Source: Fimicolochytrium jonesii
Lineage: Eukaryota
Assembly: GCF_025526975.1 (NCBI RefSeq)
Contig: NW_026515672.1
Span: 682,001-746,000, forward strand
Direction: 5' to 3'
Length of the DNA: 64,000 nt
The position numbers were made by a program, and so were the translations under genes. Below the pieces are notes generated by a model, which worked only from the letters and a program-made list of their open reading frames with translations, made no database searches and was not told the DNA's origin. Shown here piece after piece: positions 13,587-26,130 of this stretch; positions within the stretch are counted from its first letter, which is position 1, and each line of letters opens with the position of its first letter.

Positions 13587-16115
13587 TCACTTGCGAACCT
13601 CCACGTTCACATCCCGCGGGGTTCCGGTCCTAATCTGCCACACCTTCACACCATTGCCCAAAAGACTCACACCGCCAAGAGCAGCGACTCCGTTCCAGAC
13701 AATACCGAGCGGGCCACGCACTTTGATGGCCTTGGGCAAACTGTATGCGAACAGACCGGCAGACGCAAGAGCACCGACATCGTAACCGGTGCGGTCATCG
13801 CCAGTCTGAAGAAGGTATCCAGAGCCGGCGAGAGCAGCAGCAAGACCAGTCAACACGAGAGGCGCACGGGAAGCCACGATCGGGCCCGCTGGGGGGCGGG
13901 ACGCCAAGCTGGTGTAGATACCCGCTCCACCGGTGAGGGCCGCGACGACGTAGTGAGGGAAAGGGTCGACCTTGTTTGCGACGCCGGTGAGGGCTCCTGC
14001 GGCCGTCTCGACTTTGGAGGGGTTGGGGTTGCGGACGTCGACGGTAGGGGCGGATTGAGCGATGGAGGAGGTTTGTGTCTGGATGGCGTGCTTCGCGTCG
14101 CTTACGCGTTGCTGGAGAGCGTGCACGGCTTCTTGGGATTTTTGCTGGGCGGCGTGTGCGGCGTCCTCGGTCTTTTGGCGCAGGGTGGACGTGGCAGAAT
14201 GCGCGGCTTGCGATGCGTCATGCTTGAGATTGGCTGCAGAGTTCTGAATGTCGTGGGCGGTCTTGTCGGCTTGAGAAGATGCGGGCGTTGAGCGGTTAAA
14301 TGGCCACCATCCCGAGGAGGAGGTCTGCGCGTTGGTCTCGGCATCGCGCTTGGCGCTTTCAGCAGCGTGCTTGGTAGACTCCCACGCGTTGTCGGCCTTC
14401 CTCTCGCCTTCCCTAACAGCGTCCTTGACGTCCTTCTTTGCGCCCCACCACGTCTTTTCGGCATCCGCCTTGGCTTTCTCAGCAGTGTGCATGGTGGCGT
14501 CCCAAGCGTGCTCAGCCTTCTTCTCGCCCGCCTTCAATGCATCCTGGGCATCCTTCTTTGCACCCCACCAGGTCTTTTCAGCATCGGCCTTCACATGCTC
14601 AGCGGTGTGCTTAGTAGCATCCCAGGCGTTCTCCGCCTTCTTCTCGCCTTCCTTGATGGCATCCTGGGCGGTCTTCTTGGCTCCCCACCATGTGCGTTCA
14701 GCATCGGCCTTGACAGCTTCGGCGGTCTCGCGGGTCTTCTCGTATGCACGGTCACCAGCAATGTCGGCGCGACGGGAGATATCAGCAGCGCCGTCCTCAG
14801 CCTTCGAGACGGTGCTGTCGATGCTACGCCTGGCGTTGTCGATGCCGTCTTTGGCGACATTGGCGGCGTAGGCAGCGGTGTCTTGAGCCTTGGCAGTGAC
14901 GTCATGAGCGACCTTTTCGGTGGTGGCTTTGGCACCCCACCATGTACGCTCCACCTTTTCTTTCACGGCCTCGGCCTTCTGTGCGGTAGCACCCCATGCC
15001 TTCTCCCCGGCGGCGTCAGCTTGGCGAGACAAGGTCGAAGCGGAATCCTCAGCAGCGCGGACGGTGTTGTCGACGGACCTCTTGGCAGTGTTCAGCTTGT
15101 CCTGTGCCACGGCGGAGGCGTAGTTGGCTGTGTCTTGAGCCTTCTTCTCGACGTCGTGAGCGACTTGCTCGGTCTTGGCTTTAGCGCCCCAGAGGGAGTT
15201 CAGGATGGACGATTTGGTCTCTTCCGCCTTGACTTCAGCGGTATGGACGGTGTTTTCCACGGCGTGCTTGGTATCTGCGGCGAGCTGTTTCGCGCGCTCT
15301 TCTGCGGCATGAGCGGCGTCACCAACGACATGCTTCACGTGCACGTACTCGTCCTGCACGCGGTCGACGGCTTCCTCGGCGGCGTGCTGAGTCTTCTCCT
15401 TTGCGCCCCAAAGCGAGCCAAGAAGGGAGTTTCCAGCCTCGTCGGCTTTGCGAGAGATCTCGGCTGCTTTGTCAGAAGCCTTGTCCGTCGTGACCGCCGC
15501 GGTCCTTTTCACGTCCCTCCAGTCTTCCTTAACGACATCGGCGGCTCCGTTGGTCACTTTGCGCGTCTTGTCCGCAACTTCCTTGCCGACCTCTTCAGCT
15601 TTGCTCTTGGCGCCGAACCATGCGGATGTCCATCCTTGCTTTACTTCCTCGGCCTTTTCCTTTGCGGCGGCTGCAGCACTTTTCGCCTTCAGCTCGGCGT
15701 CGGATTCGATGACGGGGTTGCTCGTGCGGTCCTTCTCGTACTGGTAGCCTTCTGCAGGCGCGGCAAAGTTGGTACCAGTGTACTGCTGCTTGATGTCGTG
15801 CTTGACGTTTTCGGCGCGTTGTTTTGCGTAGTGGGCAATGTCTTCGCCGCTCTGCTCAGCGGCGTGCAGCACGTTCTTGCCTGATGTGCGTTGATCAGTT
15901 GCTACATGGGAGACTGAAGCAAATAGCGAGGGATTTGAGTTAGCTTTACTGTTCTTTTTCTTTTCAATATCCGTCGCCAGATCTAGATCTAGAAACATGG
16001 TATTGCATTGCTTACCGTCCTCCGCAGCCTGTTTCGTCTCGTGAGCGGCGTTTTCCGCATGCTGCTTTGCGTTGAAAGCAGGATCCTCAGACTTTCCGCC
16101 GAACCAGTTGACCAT
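13587..16115 (-). CDS. LEA-like helical repeat protein with C-terminal TMEM14-like membrane domain (one intron about 16015-15882)
   Basis: Ala/Lys/Glu/Asp-rich repeats with recurrent WWGAK motifs; hydrophobic C-terminal ~110 aa. Confidence 0.8.
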   Translation of the reverse strand: MVNWFGGKSEDPAFNAKQHAENAAHETKQAAEDGKQCNTMFLDLDLATDIEKKKNSKANSNPSLFASVSHVATDQRTSGKNVLHAAEQSGEDIAHYAKQRAENVKHDIKQQYTGTNFAAPAEGYQYEKDRTSNPVIESDAELKAKSAAAAAKEKAEEVKQGWTSAWFGAKSKAEEVGKEVADKTRKVTNGAADVVKEDWRDVKRTAAVTTDKASDKAAEISRKADEAGNSLLGSLWGAKEKTQHAAEEAVDRVQDEYVHVKHVVGDAAHAAEERAKQLAADTKHAVENTVHTAEVKAEETKSSILNSLWGAKAKTEQVAHDVEKKAQDTANYASAVAQDKLNTAKRSVDNTVRAAEDSASTLSRQADAAGEKAWGATAQKAEAVKEKVERTWWGAKATTEKVAHDVTAKAQDTAAYAANVAKDGIDNARRSIDSTVSKAEDGAADISRRADIAGDRAYEKTRETAEAVKADAERTWWGAKKTAQDAIKEGEKKAENAWDATKHTAEHVKADAEKTWWGAKKDAQDALKAGEKKAEHAWDATMHTAEKAKADAEKTWWGAKKDVKDAVREGERKADNAWESTKHAAESAKRDAETNAQTSSSGWWPFNRSTPASSQADKTAHDIQNSAANLKHDASQAAHSATSTLRQKTEDAAHAAQQKSQEAVHALQQRVSDAKHAIQTQTSSIAQSAPTVDVRNPNPSKVETAAGALTGVANKVDPFPHYVVAALTGGAGIYTSLASRPPAGPIVASRAPLVLTGLAAALAGSGYLLQTGDDRTGYDVGALASAGLFAYSLPKAIKVRGPLGIVWNGVAALGGVSLLGNGVKVWQIRTGTPRDVNVEVRK

Positions 16116-16822
16116 TGTGGTATAGGGTGATTTTGCAGTGTTGTCGAGGTGTGTGGGATGGAATTTGATGGGGTCCTCCGGAGGGTATCAAAAATTGGAG
16201 AACGCTGGTGGATAGCTGGATTCGAGGATGAGGATTGGTATTCTTTTTCTGGACAGGCTGGACATGGGAGGGGCGTTGGACGAAGGCCTCTGAATAAATA
16301 GCCTCGTCCAGGAGGCGTTGGGGGTCGGTCATCCGTCTGATTCCGCCATACGTCACACCCAGCAATAACGGCACAACGCGTCATTTGCCCCACCAGCCGT
16401 GCCAATGCTGGCCGGCCTGCGCGGAGGAATCATGCATGACCTGCCAGTAGTAAGTACTGTGTGCATTGCAAGGAGCCCCACGGACAAGGGCTGGGTGTGG
16501 GTCCATCTGGCAGTGAACGCCCGTGCAATGCGAGTGTGTGCAAAGCGAGAAGCGAGAAAGCGAGGGCCAAGCCACGTCATGACATCATGCCTCTGTCCAA
16601 GGGATGCTACTATCATAGGGCTGCGCACTTGGGGGCTTGGCACTGGGCACTCCCACCAGGAACTCATTAGATACAGCACTTCGCTCTCACCTAGTAACCA
16701 GATATATATAGGAACCCTATTCGCACGTCCGGTCTCTCATCCCGCCTCGATAGCGCTGCTTTCACTAGTTGATACGAATACACTACTATCGAACGAATCC
16801 CTCAGGATCGTCTACCACCGAT

Positions 16823-18041
16823 ATGCCGCCAATCACAAAAAGCACACCTGCCCACTTCTCGGCACTCCCGCAGGAAATCTCTGTACAAGTCGCGAAATAC
16901 CTCAACACGCGCGAAATAGGTCGGCTTGCCCAGGTATTGCGGCTCCGTCTAATGTGAACCAGCTTCGCTCAACCTCACACCGTAAGATTCATTTCATCAG
17001 ACTTCGAAACACTTTGCTGCTGTATGCACAGATGATTACCTGTGGAATCTCATTGCCGTACGTCGGTTTGGCGAGAGTGGGACCTCGGTTGGCGGGACTG
17101 GACACTTGGAGCTGTACAAACGGCTTGTATCACAACGTACGCATCAATCGGGGCATCGGCTTGTTCTCAACCTCATAAACTGACCCCTCCCTTGCTTCAG
17201 ACTCACTCAACGTTCCAGCCGAAAAGCTCAATATCGTATGGAACAACGGGCAATGGTGGAAAATCATTGAGTCGCCCGAATCCCATTCCGGAAAAGTAGC
17301 GTTCCTCAACGCGGTGTGGTGGTTTGAGTGAGTGGTTATGTGGTCAATTATTGAGGGCACAGAAACACCGCTCACGCGTTACGTGGTGTATTTTGTAGCA
17401 TTCGATACCAAATCAAAGGCGTTCCTCGCGGCCTATATATCCCAACATGGCGCGTCCTGTTTCCGGAGCGGACGGGGGGTCTGGAAGGCGTCCAGTTTCG
17501 CATCAGCGTCAAGAACGGTGGTGATGGCGTCGAGCATGCCAACCTGGTTTCTGAGAAGCGCATGTCGGAGATTCTCCCGGAGAGTGCGAGCACCGCTGCT
17601 ACAATCGGATTCCAGCACTTCATCAATCTTGAGCGCCATTTGCCGGACAACCTTAGCCCTGTCCCCCAATGGGTCGAGTTGAGTATGCCAGCTCTGAATG
17701 TAGGAGACTGGCCTGGCGCTGCCCCCTATTGGGACGTGGACATCGAAGCGACCGACCACACGAGCACCTACAAATACGGGATGGTGATCGACTGGTTCCA
17801 ACTCGTTCCTCAGAGACCAGTCTCTACGTCAGGCGAGATTGAAACACCTGCACCAACACCCACCGCGAACGAGAATAAAGAAGACTTGCCACCCCCCTTT
17901 CCCGTCGGCGCGCCACAAGGTCCTCCTGGGGAAGAGCCAAACACTGTTCATCCAGAGATCCAGGATGTCATCGGGGGTCTAACAGGTCGAATTCGGACGG
18001 GTGGGGGTGCCATCAGAGCTGTCGCGAGCCAGATGCGTTGA
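16823..18041 (+). CDS. F-box protein with PP2/Nictaba-like lectin domain, multi-exon
   Basis: FSALPQEISVQVAKYL (F-box); LNIVWNNGQWW...VAFLNAVWWFDI...YKYGMVIDWFQLVP (PP2-like). Confidence 0.65.
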
Positions 18042-19231
18042 ACCTCCCGACCGGCAGCTCTTGTAAATACATTGTAAATACCACATAGGTCCAGGTCACC
18101 GTAGTCCGTATACGATCAATGCCACCCAGTTTTCAGCTCTACGTAGCCATCCTCATCCGTGCATGTAGCAATCTGTTTCGCTGTTCTCTAATCCTCCACT
18201 GCCCGTTGTGGGGAAACCGACAGTCTGACAAAGTTCCGAATGCTGGATCTCGGAGCGGGTGGGTCATCGCGGACAGAAAAGGGCCGTTTTCTTTTCCTTT
18301 TTCCTTTCAAACTCAGCTTCAACTTCTACGTTCTTCGTACATTGTCAGCTGGACGACGGGTCCTGTCATCCTTCGCGACATTGCGAAGGATGGCCTTGCG
18401 CCGTGAGCCGCACAAGTCGCGTCTCGACTCTAAATTCTGACGGAGAGGCGCAGACTTCTGGCCACTGAGTGTGTCATTGTGCATGAGCTCACGCGCCCCC
18501 TTTGATGCAAATTTGAGGTCTCGGATGATGTGAGAGAGGGCCTGCCGGTTGGTGCGTTCGCCGGTTTGGGTCTTCACTTCACAACCTTTGGGACAGACAG
18601 CATGCCCGCCAGCGGGGGTATTGATGATGAGAGGAGTGCTGCCGATTGCCCGGTTCACCTTAAAATTAAGCCGGGGTGATTGATCAAGCCGGCCGAGTGT
18701 TCCGTTCAGGCCTGACAGTCTTATCCGAAGAGTGCGCGTGTGCCTGTGTTGCGCCCGTCAGTCGGTCACAGGTGAGTCACAGTCCGTCCGTCCGTCACGA
18801 CTCCGGCTGGATGACACTCTCCCATAAATATCTGCTGCCCGGCCACTCGCACGCTGTCTGTCGCCACGTTCTTCGAAAACGTTGCCCACCATTCCCCCCT
18901 CTGCATACATACGCTGTACAGCTTCCCTCAGATAAAAGCATACTTGCCAACTGCAGCGTATAAACTCCGTCGTTGCCGCGCCCGCCCTTCATCCTGTCTA
19001 CACCAGTCCGCAGCTCGTATTCTCCATCGGCGACAAGAATTCTCCGACGAGCTTGACTTGACTGTCACACGTACGGCCATTTCGGGGCAACAAAGCCGCT
19101 TCACCGTCGGATAAGGCACATCGCTATTCCACCATAGCGGACTATCCACTCCCACATTTTCCTCACTGGCAGCCTCCAGAACCTCGCGGTTGGCACCCAT
19201 CTACCCATTCCGCTTTGACAGTCCTCGCAAA

Positions 19232-20112
19232 ATGTCCGTGACACCCGGCACACCACCACCGTACGATGTTGCTTCAGTGAAAACCCGGCACCTGACGCTT
19301 TCCCCCTGCGACCTGTTCTTCACGCCAACCCGGTCGAATGTCGGGGTCATTGCAAAGATTACGCTGCATAATACCCATCATAGCGGCAACGCTGTTGGGT
19401 ACAAAATAAAGACGAACGCGCCGGCGAGGTATTCGGTGAAGAATGTGATTGGCGTGTTGCCGCAGGGGGGGATGTGTGATGTTCTTGGTGAGTTGGAGAA
19501 TGGGCAGTGATGATGGAAACGCGGGTGTTTTGGTGAAGTTGACGCTGACCTTTCTTTTTCCATCTAGTACGGAGTGAAAGCACGATTCAGCCGGACGACA
19601 GGTTTTTGTTGCAAACGATCCGTTTATCGGAAGAAGAGGCGAAACGACTCGATTCCACCAAGGTACGCCTTTCAGTCCTTTTATATTCATTTTCAGGAAC
19701 TCTGCCATTGACATCTCCCAATCAGTGGCGAACCCTGGATCGCGCGCGCATGACAGACACCTTCATCGACTGCAAAGTCTCCCCCACCCGCCCTCGCGGC
19801 TTCTCCAACTGCTCCTTCTCCTCCACCTCCACCACCTCCGCCGCCCTAGCCCTCTCCTCCTCCCCACAGCAATACCGCCGACTCTCATCATCCACAAGCA
19901 CCCCGCCATCATCACGACCCCAGTCGGGGTCACCATCATCATTACTATCACAGTCGCAGCAGAAACAAATACAACAGCCGTTCAGCTCGGCGGCAGCGAT
20001 GCGGTTCACGAAAGTGGATTTGATCATGTTTTCGGTGTTGTGCTTACTGCTGGGGGTGGCGATGCCGTACACGAAATCGCTGTTTCAGCTGATCAAGTTC
20101 GTGTCGGTCTGA
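19232..20112 (+). CDS. MSP-domain (VAP/Scs2-like) tail-anchored protein, multi-exon
   Basis: LTLSP.DLFF...GYKIKTNAPARYSVK...GVL; C-terminal TM helix. Confidence 0.8.
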
Positions 20113-20543
20113 GATCGGTTGACTTGGATTGCTGTTGCGATAGCAGGCTTTGGCAACAAGGACAGGGGTCTTCCTCCTTGTTCGTAATTATTTTTTGGTA
20201 TTCCCCCCTGCGACTGACGTTGGAGACGAGACTTAAATGTAGAGACTGTTACTCCCCTGCTTCCTTTTCTAACCGCTTACTGTTACTGGTTATCTTCGAG
20301 TGCGGGACTTGATGTCTGCTCTGTTGCGGTGAATGTGCTGGCTCACTCCGTACTGATGAGGCTTTTAATTGACGAGTTCCGAGTTGGATGCAACTCAAGG
20401 CGTCATGCCCAACATGGTGTACTCAATGCATTTGTGGTATCTGAAGAATATGAAACAATGTGTAGACGAACACACGTCCGTTCGCTCTCCCATCTAAGTT
20501 TTCTTGCGGGGCTCGCTCCTCGATCCGTCTGGGCCAGTCCCTT

Positions 20544-23500
20544 TTACTTGATGACCCCATACTCCTTCATCGTCAACAGATAACTCGCATACCCCTTCAC
20601 GGCAATGGCAATCGCCCCAGTCCCAAACACCAGCACCACCAAGTCGACAACAACCGCCGTCACAGCCGTGAAAAAGAACTTTGGTCCAAACACCCTCCAC
20701 ACCATCAAATGCCTCCTAAAATGCCCCGCCATACACGTCGCAGCGACAGCGGTAGCACCCACCATCGCAAGCTGCATCAACACCGCCATCCCCACATCCC
20801 TCACGAATTTGCCTTCGTTCCCTCGTAACAGCGGGCGCTTCCACATGGCGTACAGCGGCGCGGCGAGTGCGAAGAGGAGTGGCCCGGCGAAGGTGTTGAG
20901 GACGACGAGGAGCGGGGAGATGGACCAGGTGAGTTGTTTGACGCCGACGTAGCCAATGTCCCATTGGATGCTCGAGAGCGTGTTTTGGTGGCCGGTGGCG
21001 AAATAATAGCGCCAGCCGAGGAGGTAGTTGGCGACGAGGAAGAAGAAGATCCAGGGGGTTGTTGGGACTTCCTTTTTTGTTGATGGGGCGGGTTCGGTTG
21101 GCGTTGTGGGTGGGTCCGGGCTCCTCGGCGGTTGGATGCCCGTGGCTTGCGAGATCAACGCACCCATCCTGCTTTGCTTCGGCCCTGTGGATTTGACTGG
21201 TTTACTCGAGCCGGAAGCCTTGTCCCTCCAAAGATGCAGCATTTCCAACAAACACAAGATCTGCAAGAACGCAACTCCAAGCATCACCCCGCCCATCGGT
21301 TTCTGAAAGAAACTCAGAACGGTGTACGCCACGGCCAAAAAGACCAGATACGACCCTCCAACCGCGTTCGGGATCCCCAAGAAACACACAGCGCGTTTGC
21401 TCTGGTCCATCTCCGATGTCTGGATCAGCTCGATTCCCACACAGCGTGAGGCGGAGGTCCATGCAAACAGGCTCGCTAGGCCGGTGGAACACATGCCCAG
21501 GCGAGCGACCCAGAATTTCACTTCGGGGAGGTTCATCGGGTCATAGGCTGCGATGTGCTGGTTGTCTAGAGTGTCCAGTGCCCAGTACAATGCCGAGACG
21601 AAGAGCGTAAGCGGTAACAGGGCTTTGGGGACGGTTTTTCCCATGGCTTGATCGTTATCCGAGGATCGTAGTGATTTTAAAAGGGCTAATGAGACCACTG
21701 GTATGATGAGCATCAACAGGACCACCATGTACGGGGCGGCGATCGACGAGTGCGGTGAAGAGTAAAACGTCGGGATACACCACGGATGCTGCTCCTCACG
21801 ACAGATCTTTGAGAACTGGCTGATGCGCGTCAGGACCATGAACCCAGCGGAGAGCAAGATCAGATTATCCCGCACAGCGTCGATTTCGACGGCAATGGCC
21901 CATATCAGGTTGACGAGTCCAAAAGCTTGCAGCAAGTAGACCGTGATGGCATCTTCCCAGTCCGTGAAGCTGTCCGAGGCGGGGATGATCGTGTGGAGGA
22001 GAATTAACACGATACCGACACAGGTCGTTACCCGGGCTGATGTCGGTCTTTTCGACAGCGAGGGCGCGCACTGAACGAGGGTGCCGATAAGATACGCGAC
22101 CATGAGTCCAAATGTTGTCGAAAATAGATACTCATGCGTTGGCTGCAGAGCGCTGTCCCCGACATTCTCGAACGAGATCAACAGTTTGTGGAACGTTTGA
22201 CTCCAAGCCAGCCCAGCCCCTAGCGCCGCTCCAGATCCAGCGACGATCCATGGCACCGGTCGTTCGGAAGCCCAGTGAACGGCCGCATACGTGATAAGCG
22301 ACACAATCGTAAGCAGAAGCTCCACGCATCCCATGGCAATCAACGGAACATCGAAGCGCACCCACAACTTCCGAGCCGCCACGAGGGCCTTCCTGGCAAA
22401 GAAAACATATTGCAGATAGACCTCCTGGACCTGCTCAAAGCTCGCGCTTTCTGGGAGCGCTTCGAAACCATCTTCCGCCGCTTGGAAGACATCCTCCAGC
22501 TCGTGGATGGCCATTTTAGCGGCGAGGCGCTGCTGGCTGTATTCGCGGATGTAGGTATATATCTGCCGCGCGTTGATGCGCGCAGCTGCCAGCAGGTTCT
22601 GTGAGGGCGATCTTCCGTCTTGTTCGACAAAGAAACATTCGGCAATCACGTTTCCGAGGTTGCCGAACGGTATGGGGACGCCAAGTAACATTGATATTGT
22701 GGGCACGAAATCGATTTGTGGAGTTGTGCGCGCACCGTCGAGGTAAACAAAGGGATCGCTTGTCCCAAAATCCAGATTCTTTTCCGCTTCCAAAAGTGAG
22801 TACAACTCCTCCGCATGTTTGTTTCGGGTTTCGATCAAGGGCTTCTTGCTGTAGATGAAAAGGCCGGCGTTGACCTCTTTCTCGCTATCACCTCCATGGT
22901 CTCCCTTGTCATCCATCCCGTGATCCCCAATGATGAAGAGAACCGTTTCTTCATCTATCTTGCTAATCAGGTTTTTGATGATTCCGTTCATCTGGGTCAA
23001 CTTATCGCCCATTGCGGGATGGTCAGGGCCGTATCTATGCCCCGCATGATCCACTCCGAGGAAGTGTGCAATCAGCAAATCCCAGTCTTTCGGCGTCCGA
23101 TCCAATACGGGATCAAGATGTTCCAAAATGCCATTATCAACGCTATGGAGATCCCAGACCTCCAGAGACGGGAAGGGGTAGCTTTCGTTCAAAGCACCTG
23201 GGTACATGTTCTCCCACGTATCGTCGCCCATGAAGGTTATCCGCTTGTTGTTTCGACTGAACTGGTCGACAATGCTATCTTCGCCGATGACCTGTCCGAA
23301 AAAGTTGCTGCCAGCGTCTACGAACGTGGGTAGCGTTCCTGTGGTCAAAGCTTTCAATCGCTGCAATGTGGTGGTCGGAGGGTCTGCACGCACTCGGAAT
23401 CGAAGAGCATTCTGAGGGTGCCCTCGCAGTGTTTCATGCAAGATGGGCAGCCTATTCGCATAGAACGGTACTGTGCTGTTGTCCGCCCCAGATGCCAGAG

Positions 23501-23897
23501 CTTCCGCAAGGGTCTCATTGTATAGAGTAAAGTCATATCTCAGGGCATCAAGCACCATGAACACCGCTCGCTTGTATCGAGGTGGATGGTTGCACCAGGA
23601 GCCGACTTCAGCTGTAACCGAGTCGGGTCTGATGCATTCGCTTCGCGTAGACAGTTCCAAGCGGGTCAACAAGAACCCGCTGCTGAATAGATACAGGCCG
23701 ATAATCTGTAATATCGTCACGGCAAAGGTGATGATCGCAAGGGGTGCCCAGTCGCGGGAGACCAGGGATACCGGTGCAAGGTTCACGGATACAAGAGACG
23801 GAGACGATTGCTGCAGGCTCTTCTTCGAGGAGGATGCTGCAGTCGACTGGTGTCCCGCTCCAGCGAGTGCCTGCCTTCCTTTGCGGCGTTGCGACAT
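20544..23897 (-). CDS. GPI13: GPI ethanolamine phosphate transferase 3 (PIG-O)
   Basis: 1117-aa ORF with DALRYDF, ADPPTTTLQRLKALTTG, HFLGVDHAGHRYGP, GDHGMD, FATGHQ and RRHLMVWRVFGPKF. Confidence 0.95.
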   Translation of the reverse strand: MSQRRKGRQALAGAGHQSTAASSSKKSLQQSSPSLVSVNLAPVSLVSRDWAPLAIITFAVTILQIIGLYLFSSGFLLTRLELSTRSECIRPDSVTAEVGSWCNHPPRYKRAVFMVLDALRYDFTLYNETLAEALASGADNSTVPFYANRLPILHETLRGHPQNALRFRVRADPPTTTLQRLKALTTGTLPTFVDAGSNFFGQVIGEDSIVDQFSRNNKRITFMGDDTWENMYPGALNESYPFPSLEVWDLHSVDNGILEHLDPVLDRTPKDWDLLIAHFLGVDHAGHRYGPDHPAMGDKLTQMNGIIKNLISKIDEETVLFIIGDHGMDDKGDHGGDSEKEVNAGLFIYSKKPLIETRNKHAEELYSLLEAEKNLDFGTSDPFVYLDGARTTPQIDFVPTISMLLGVPIPFGNLGNVIAECFFVEQDGRSPSQNLLAAARINARQIYTYIREYSQQRLAAKMAIHELEDVFQAAEDGFEALPESASFEQVQEVYLQYVFFARKALVAARKLWVRFDVPLIAMGCVELLLTIVSLITYAAVHWASERPVPWIVAGSGAALGAGLAWSQTFHKLLISFENVGDSALQPTHEYLFSTTFGLMVAYLIGTLVQCAPSLSKRPTSARVTTCVGIVLILLHTIIPASDSFTDWEDAITVYLLQAFGLVNLIWAIAVEIDAVRDNLILLSAGFMVLTRISQFSKICREEQHPWCIPTFYSSPHSSIAAPYMVVLLMLIIPVVSLALLKSLRSSDNDQAMGKTVPKALLPLTLFVSALYWALDTLDNQHIAAYDPMNLPEVKFWVARLGMCSTGLASLFAWTSASRCVGIELIQTSEMDQSKRAVCFLGIPNAVGGSYLVFLAVAYTVLSFFQKPMGGVMLGVAFLQILCLLEMLHLWRDKASGSSKPVKSTGPKQSRMGALISQATGIQPPRSPDPPTTPTEPAPSTKKEVPTTPWIFFFLVANYLLGWRYYFATGHQNTLSSIQWDIGYVGVKQLTWSISPLLVVLNTFAGPLLFALAAPLYAMWKRPLLRGNEGKFVRDVGMAVLMQLAMVGATAVAATCMAGHFRRHLMVWRVFGPKFFFTAVTAVVVDLVVLVFGTGAIAIAVKGYASYLLTMKEYGVIK

Positions 23898-24603
23898 CTT
23901 TTCCTGGTCGTCGTGGTAAGCCGGGAACTAAAAGTGCAACTGCTGTAGAAAGGCTGGGCGATCGCCCCACGCCGTTGTGCCCGTGTTGTAGCTTGCTATC
24001 GAGCGGCGGGGTACGGCCCTACATAGACGGCCTCTCTTATCGACCACCCCTCACTGTCTTCTTCCTCGCGAGGCTGGCTGGTGGGTGCTTTTGATGCGAC
24101 TTGCATCTCTCGCATCTCAGCGAGTCTCACGCAGGTGGTGGGGAAGAGTTCTGGCTTGTGCTGGGACTGCGCGGGTGGCTGTGCAGAAGCAGCCTGCCGC
24201 GTGCGTCTGTGCTGCTGCGGTCGCTCTCCCTCCCTTTTCCTGCAGATCACAATCACACATTCCACACACACAGCACTCGTTCCCCAAAGCGTCCCAAAAA
24301 CACACTCACGGAAGGCGACGCAATACCCACTCAGCAGTCAGCGCTGCCACAAGAGAACGATACGTACTGCACCTGGGGAAAGACCCTTCTTATTTGACGT
24401 TGGAGCGAATCTCCGCCAAGTTCTAACGACCGTTTGGAAAGGAACGAAAGCGCTAGTCATTCCACATCCCCAACTTGGGAAACTTGGGAAAGCGCGCACT
24501 CCCATACGGCTTCGAGAAGGAGAGAGACCACAGCTAGCGGTCTAATTTCGAGCTCAGTATACCTCATAACCTACCTCTGCACTAGCCGCAGACCTTCGTC
24601 GAC

Positions 24604-26130
24604 ATGCCGCCCAAAATTTCGAAACACGACATTTCACCACCAACTCCGCTCTTGTCTCTGGCGCAAGCTCAGGCAGCGGCTGGAATGGCAGACGTGTACA
24701 AGCAGCCTGTCAGCCCCTCTGTTGGACAGAGGAGAAAGGATGGGGACTCGGGAGTACATATGGACAAAGCGAACAGTCCTGCGGGCTCCAAAGGTGCTGC
24801 ACCACCGCTTTCTATGGCGGCCATACCGCCGTTTTCTGCTGGGCGCTTCGACAGCTCTGCTTCTGTAGCAGGCGGACCGAACGATCCTCGCATCATTCGT
24901 GCGAGGTTACCTCCGCCTCAGTTGACATTCCGGCAGTATCAATCCTTTGTGCAGGCGCTGGCGGTCTATCGGCGGCAGGTGCAGGCGTTGGCGGCCGCTG
25001 GGGAAACATTCGTGAGAGCACTGGAAGAAATGGCCGATTACGTTCCAGCTGGTGAGTCCCCTGGCACGCCCTTCGATGTTTCTACAACCTATCGGATTCT
25101 AAAAACCTAGGCCCATTCCCAGCACAACTTCCTCGTCCGCACGTAGTTGGAGATCTGGACTTCTTGATCGATAGCTCGCATCTGATATCGAACGCGCATC
25201 AAATATATGTACGTATGATGACACGAAGCACAACCCTTTGCATACAAATGAATCATACTGACTCGATGAGTAGGCGGAGAATCTGGAGCGGGATTTTGAG
25301 GAACCTCTTACCAAGAACATCAATGACATTCTGCAACGAACTGCCACAACTCAGAAGGAGAACAAGGTCCACTTAGCTCGCCTGGTGGAACAGCTACATC
25401 TGGAAGAGAAAAATCACAAGTTAGGGAAGAAGAAACGTGGCGATCTAAGAAACATTCAATCCGTGAGTATCGACATACCCTGCCATAAGCCATGCGGTGA
25501 TGCTGACAAACTTCTTTGGTCCTGCAGAATCTCAACGTTCGCATGACGATTGCAGAAGAGATTAAACGCCTTACGGTTGAGAGCCAAACGATACAGGACT
25601 CTCTATCCCATCAATCGATGCCCTACATTCTCGACCACGCAGCGGCCGGAGTTCGGGCTGAATTACAAAATTACGAAACGATACATGAAGGATTGAAGAA
25701 GCTAGGAGCGTTTTCGGAGCCGGCATCATCCGATTTTTATCCTATCCCGCAAAACTACCAAACACACCGTGAGAGCCGGTACAGCGTTGTACAACCGAAC
25801 GGCCCAACAATACCCTACGGTGCGGATCCCGGCGGTTACGCAAGTCAGCGGTTCCCAGGAACACCGACGCAGCAGCAACAAAAGGACGCGACATTACAAC
25901 GGCTCCCAGGTCCCATCAACACATCTCTGGGCGCGCCGCAGTTATCACGGCCAGAGTTCCGCGCGTTCAGTCCCGCCTTACCACATTCAGCGCCTGCCGC
26001 CGCCGCGCCAGCAGCGGAGCGGTTGAAGGGCGTGCCGGAGGATGGCGAGGAGGGGATTTGGGATGCCGAGGCGGACAACCAGGAGTTGGAGTATGTGAGA
26101 AAGGCGTTGAGGAGTCTGTGTGGAGAATAG
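24604..26130 (+). CDS. Hypothetical coiled-coil protein, possibly I-BAR/Ivy1-like, multi-exon
   Basis: Helical segment YRRQVQALAAAGETFVRALEEMA across spliced exons; the family assignment is tentative. Confidence 0.55.

Noticed and set aside
14367..15884. 505-aa plus-strand ORF
   Set aside because: Antisense shadow of the codon-biased LEA-like gene
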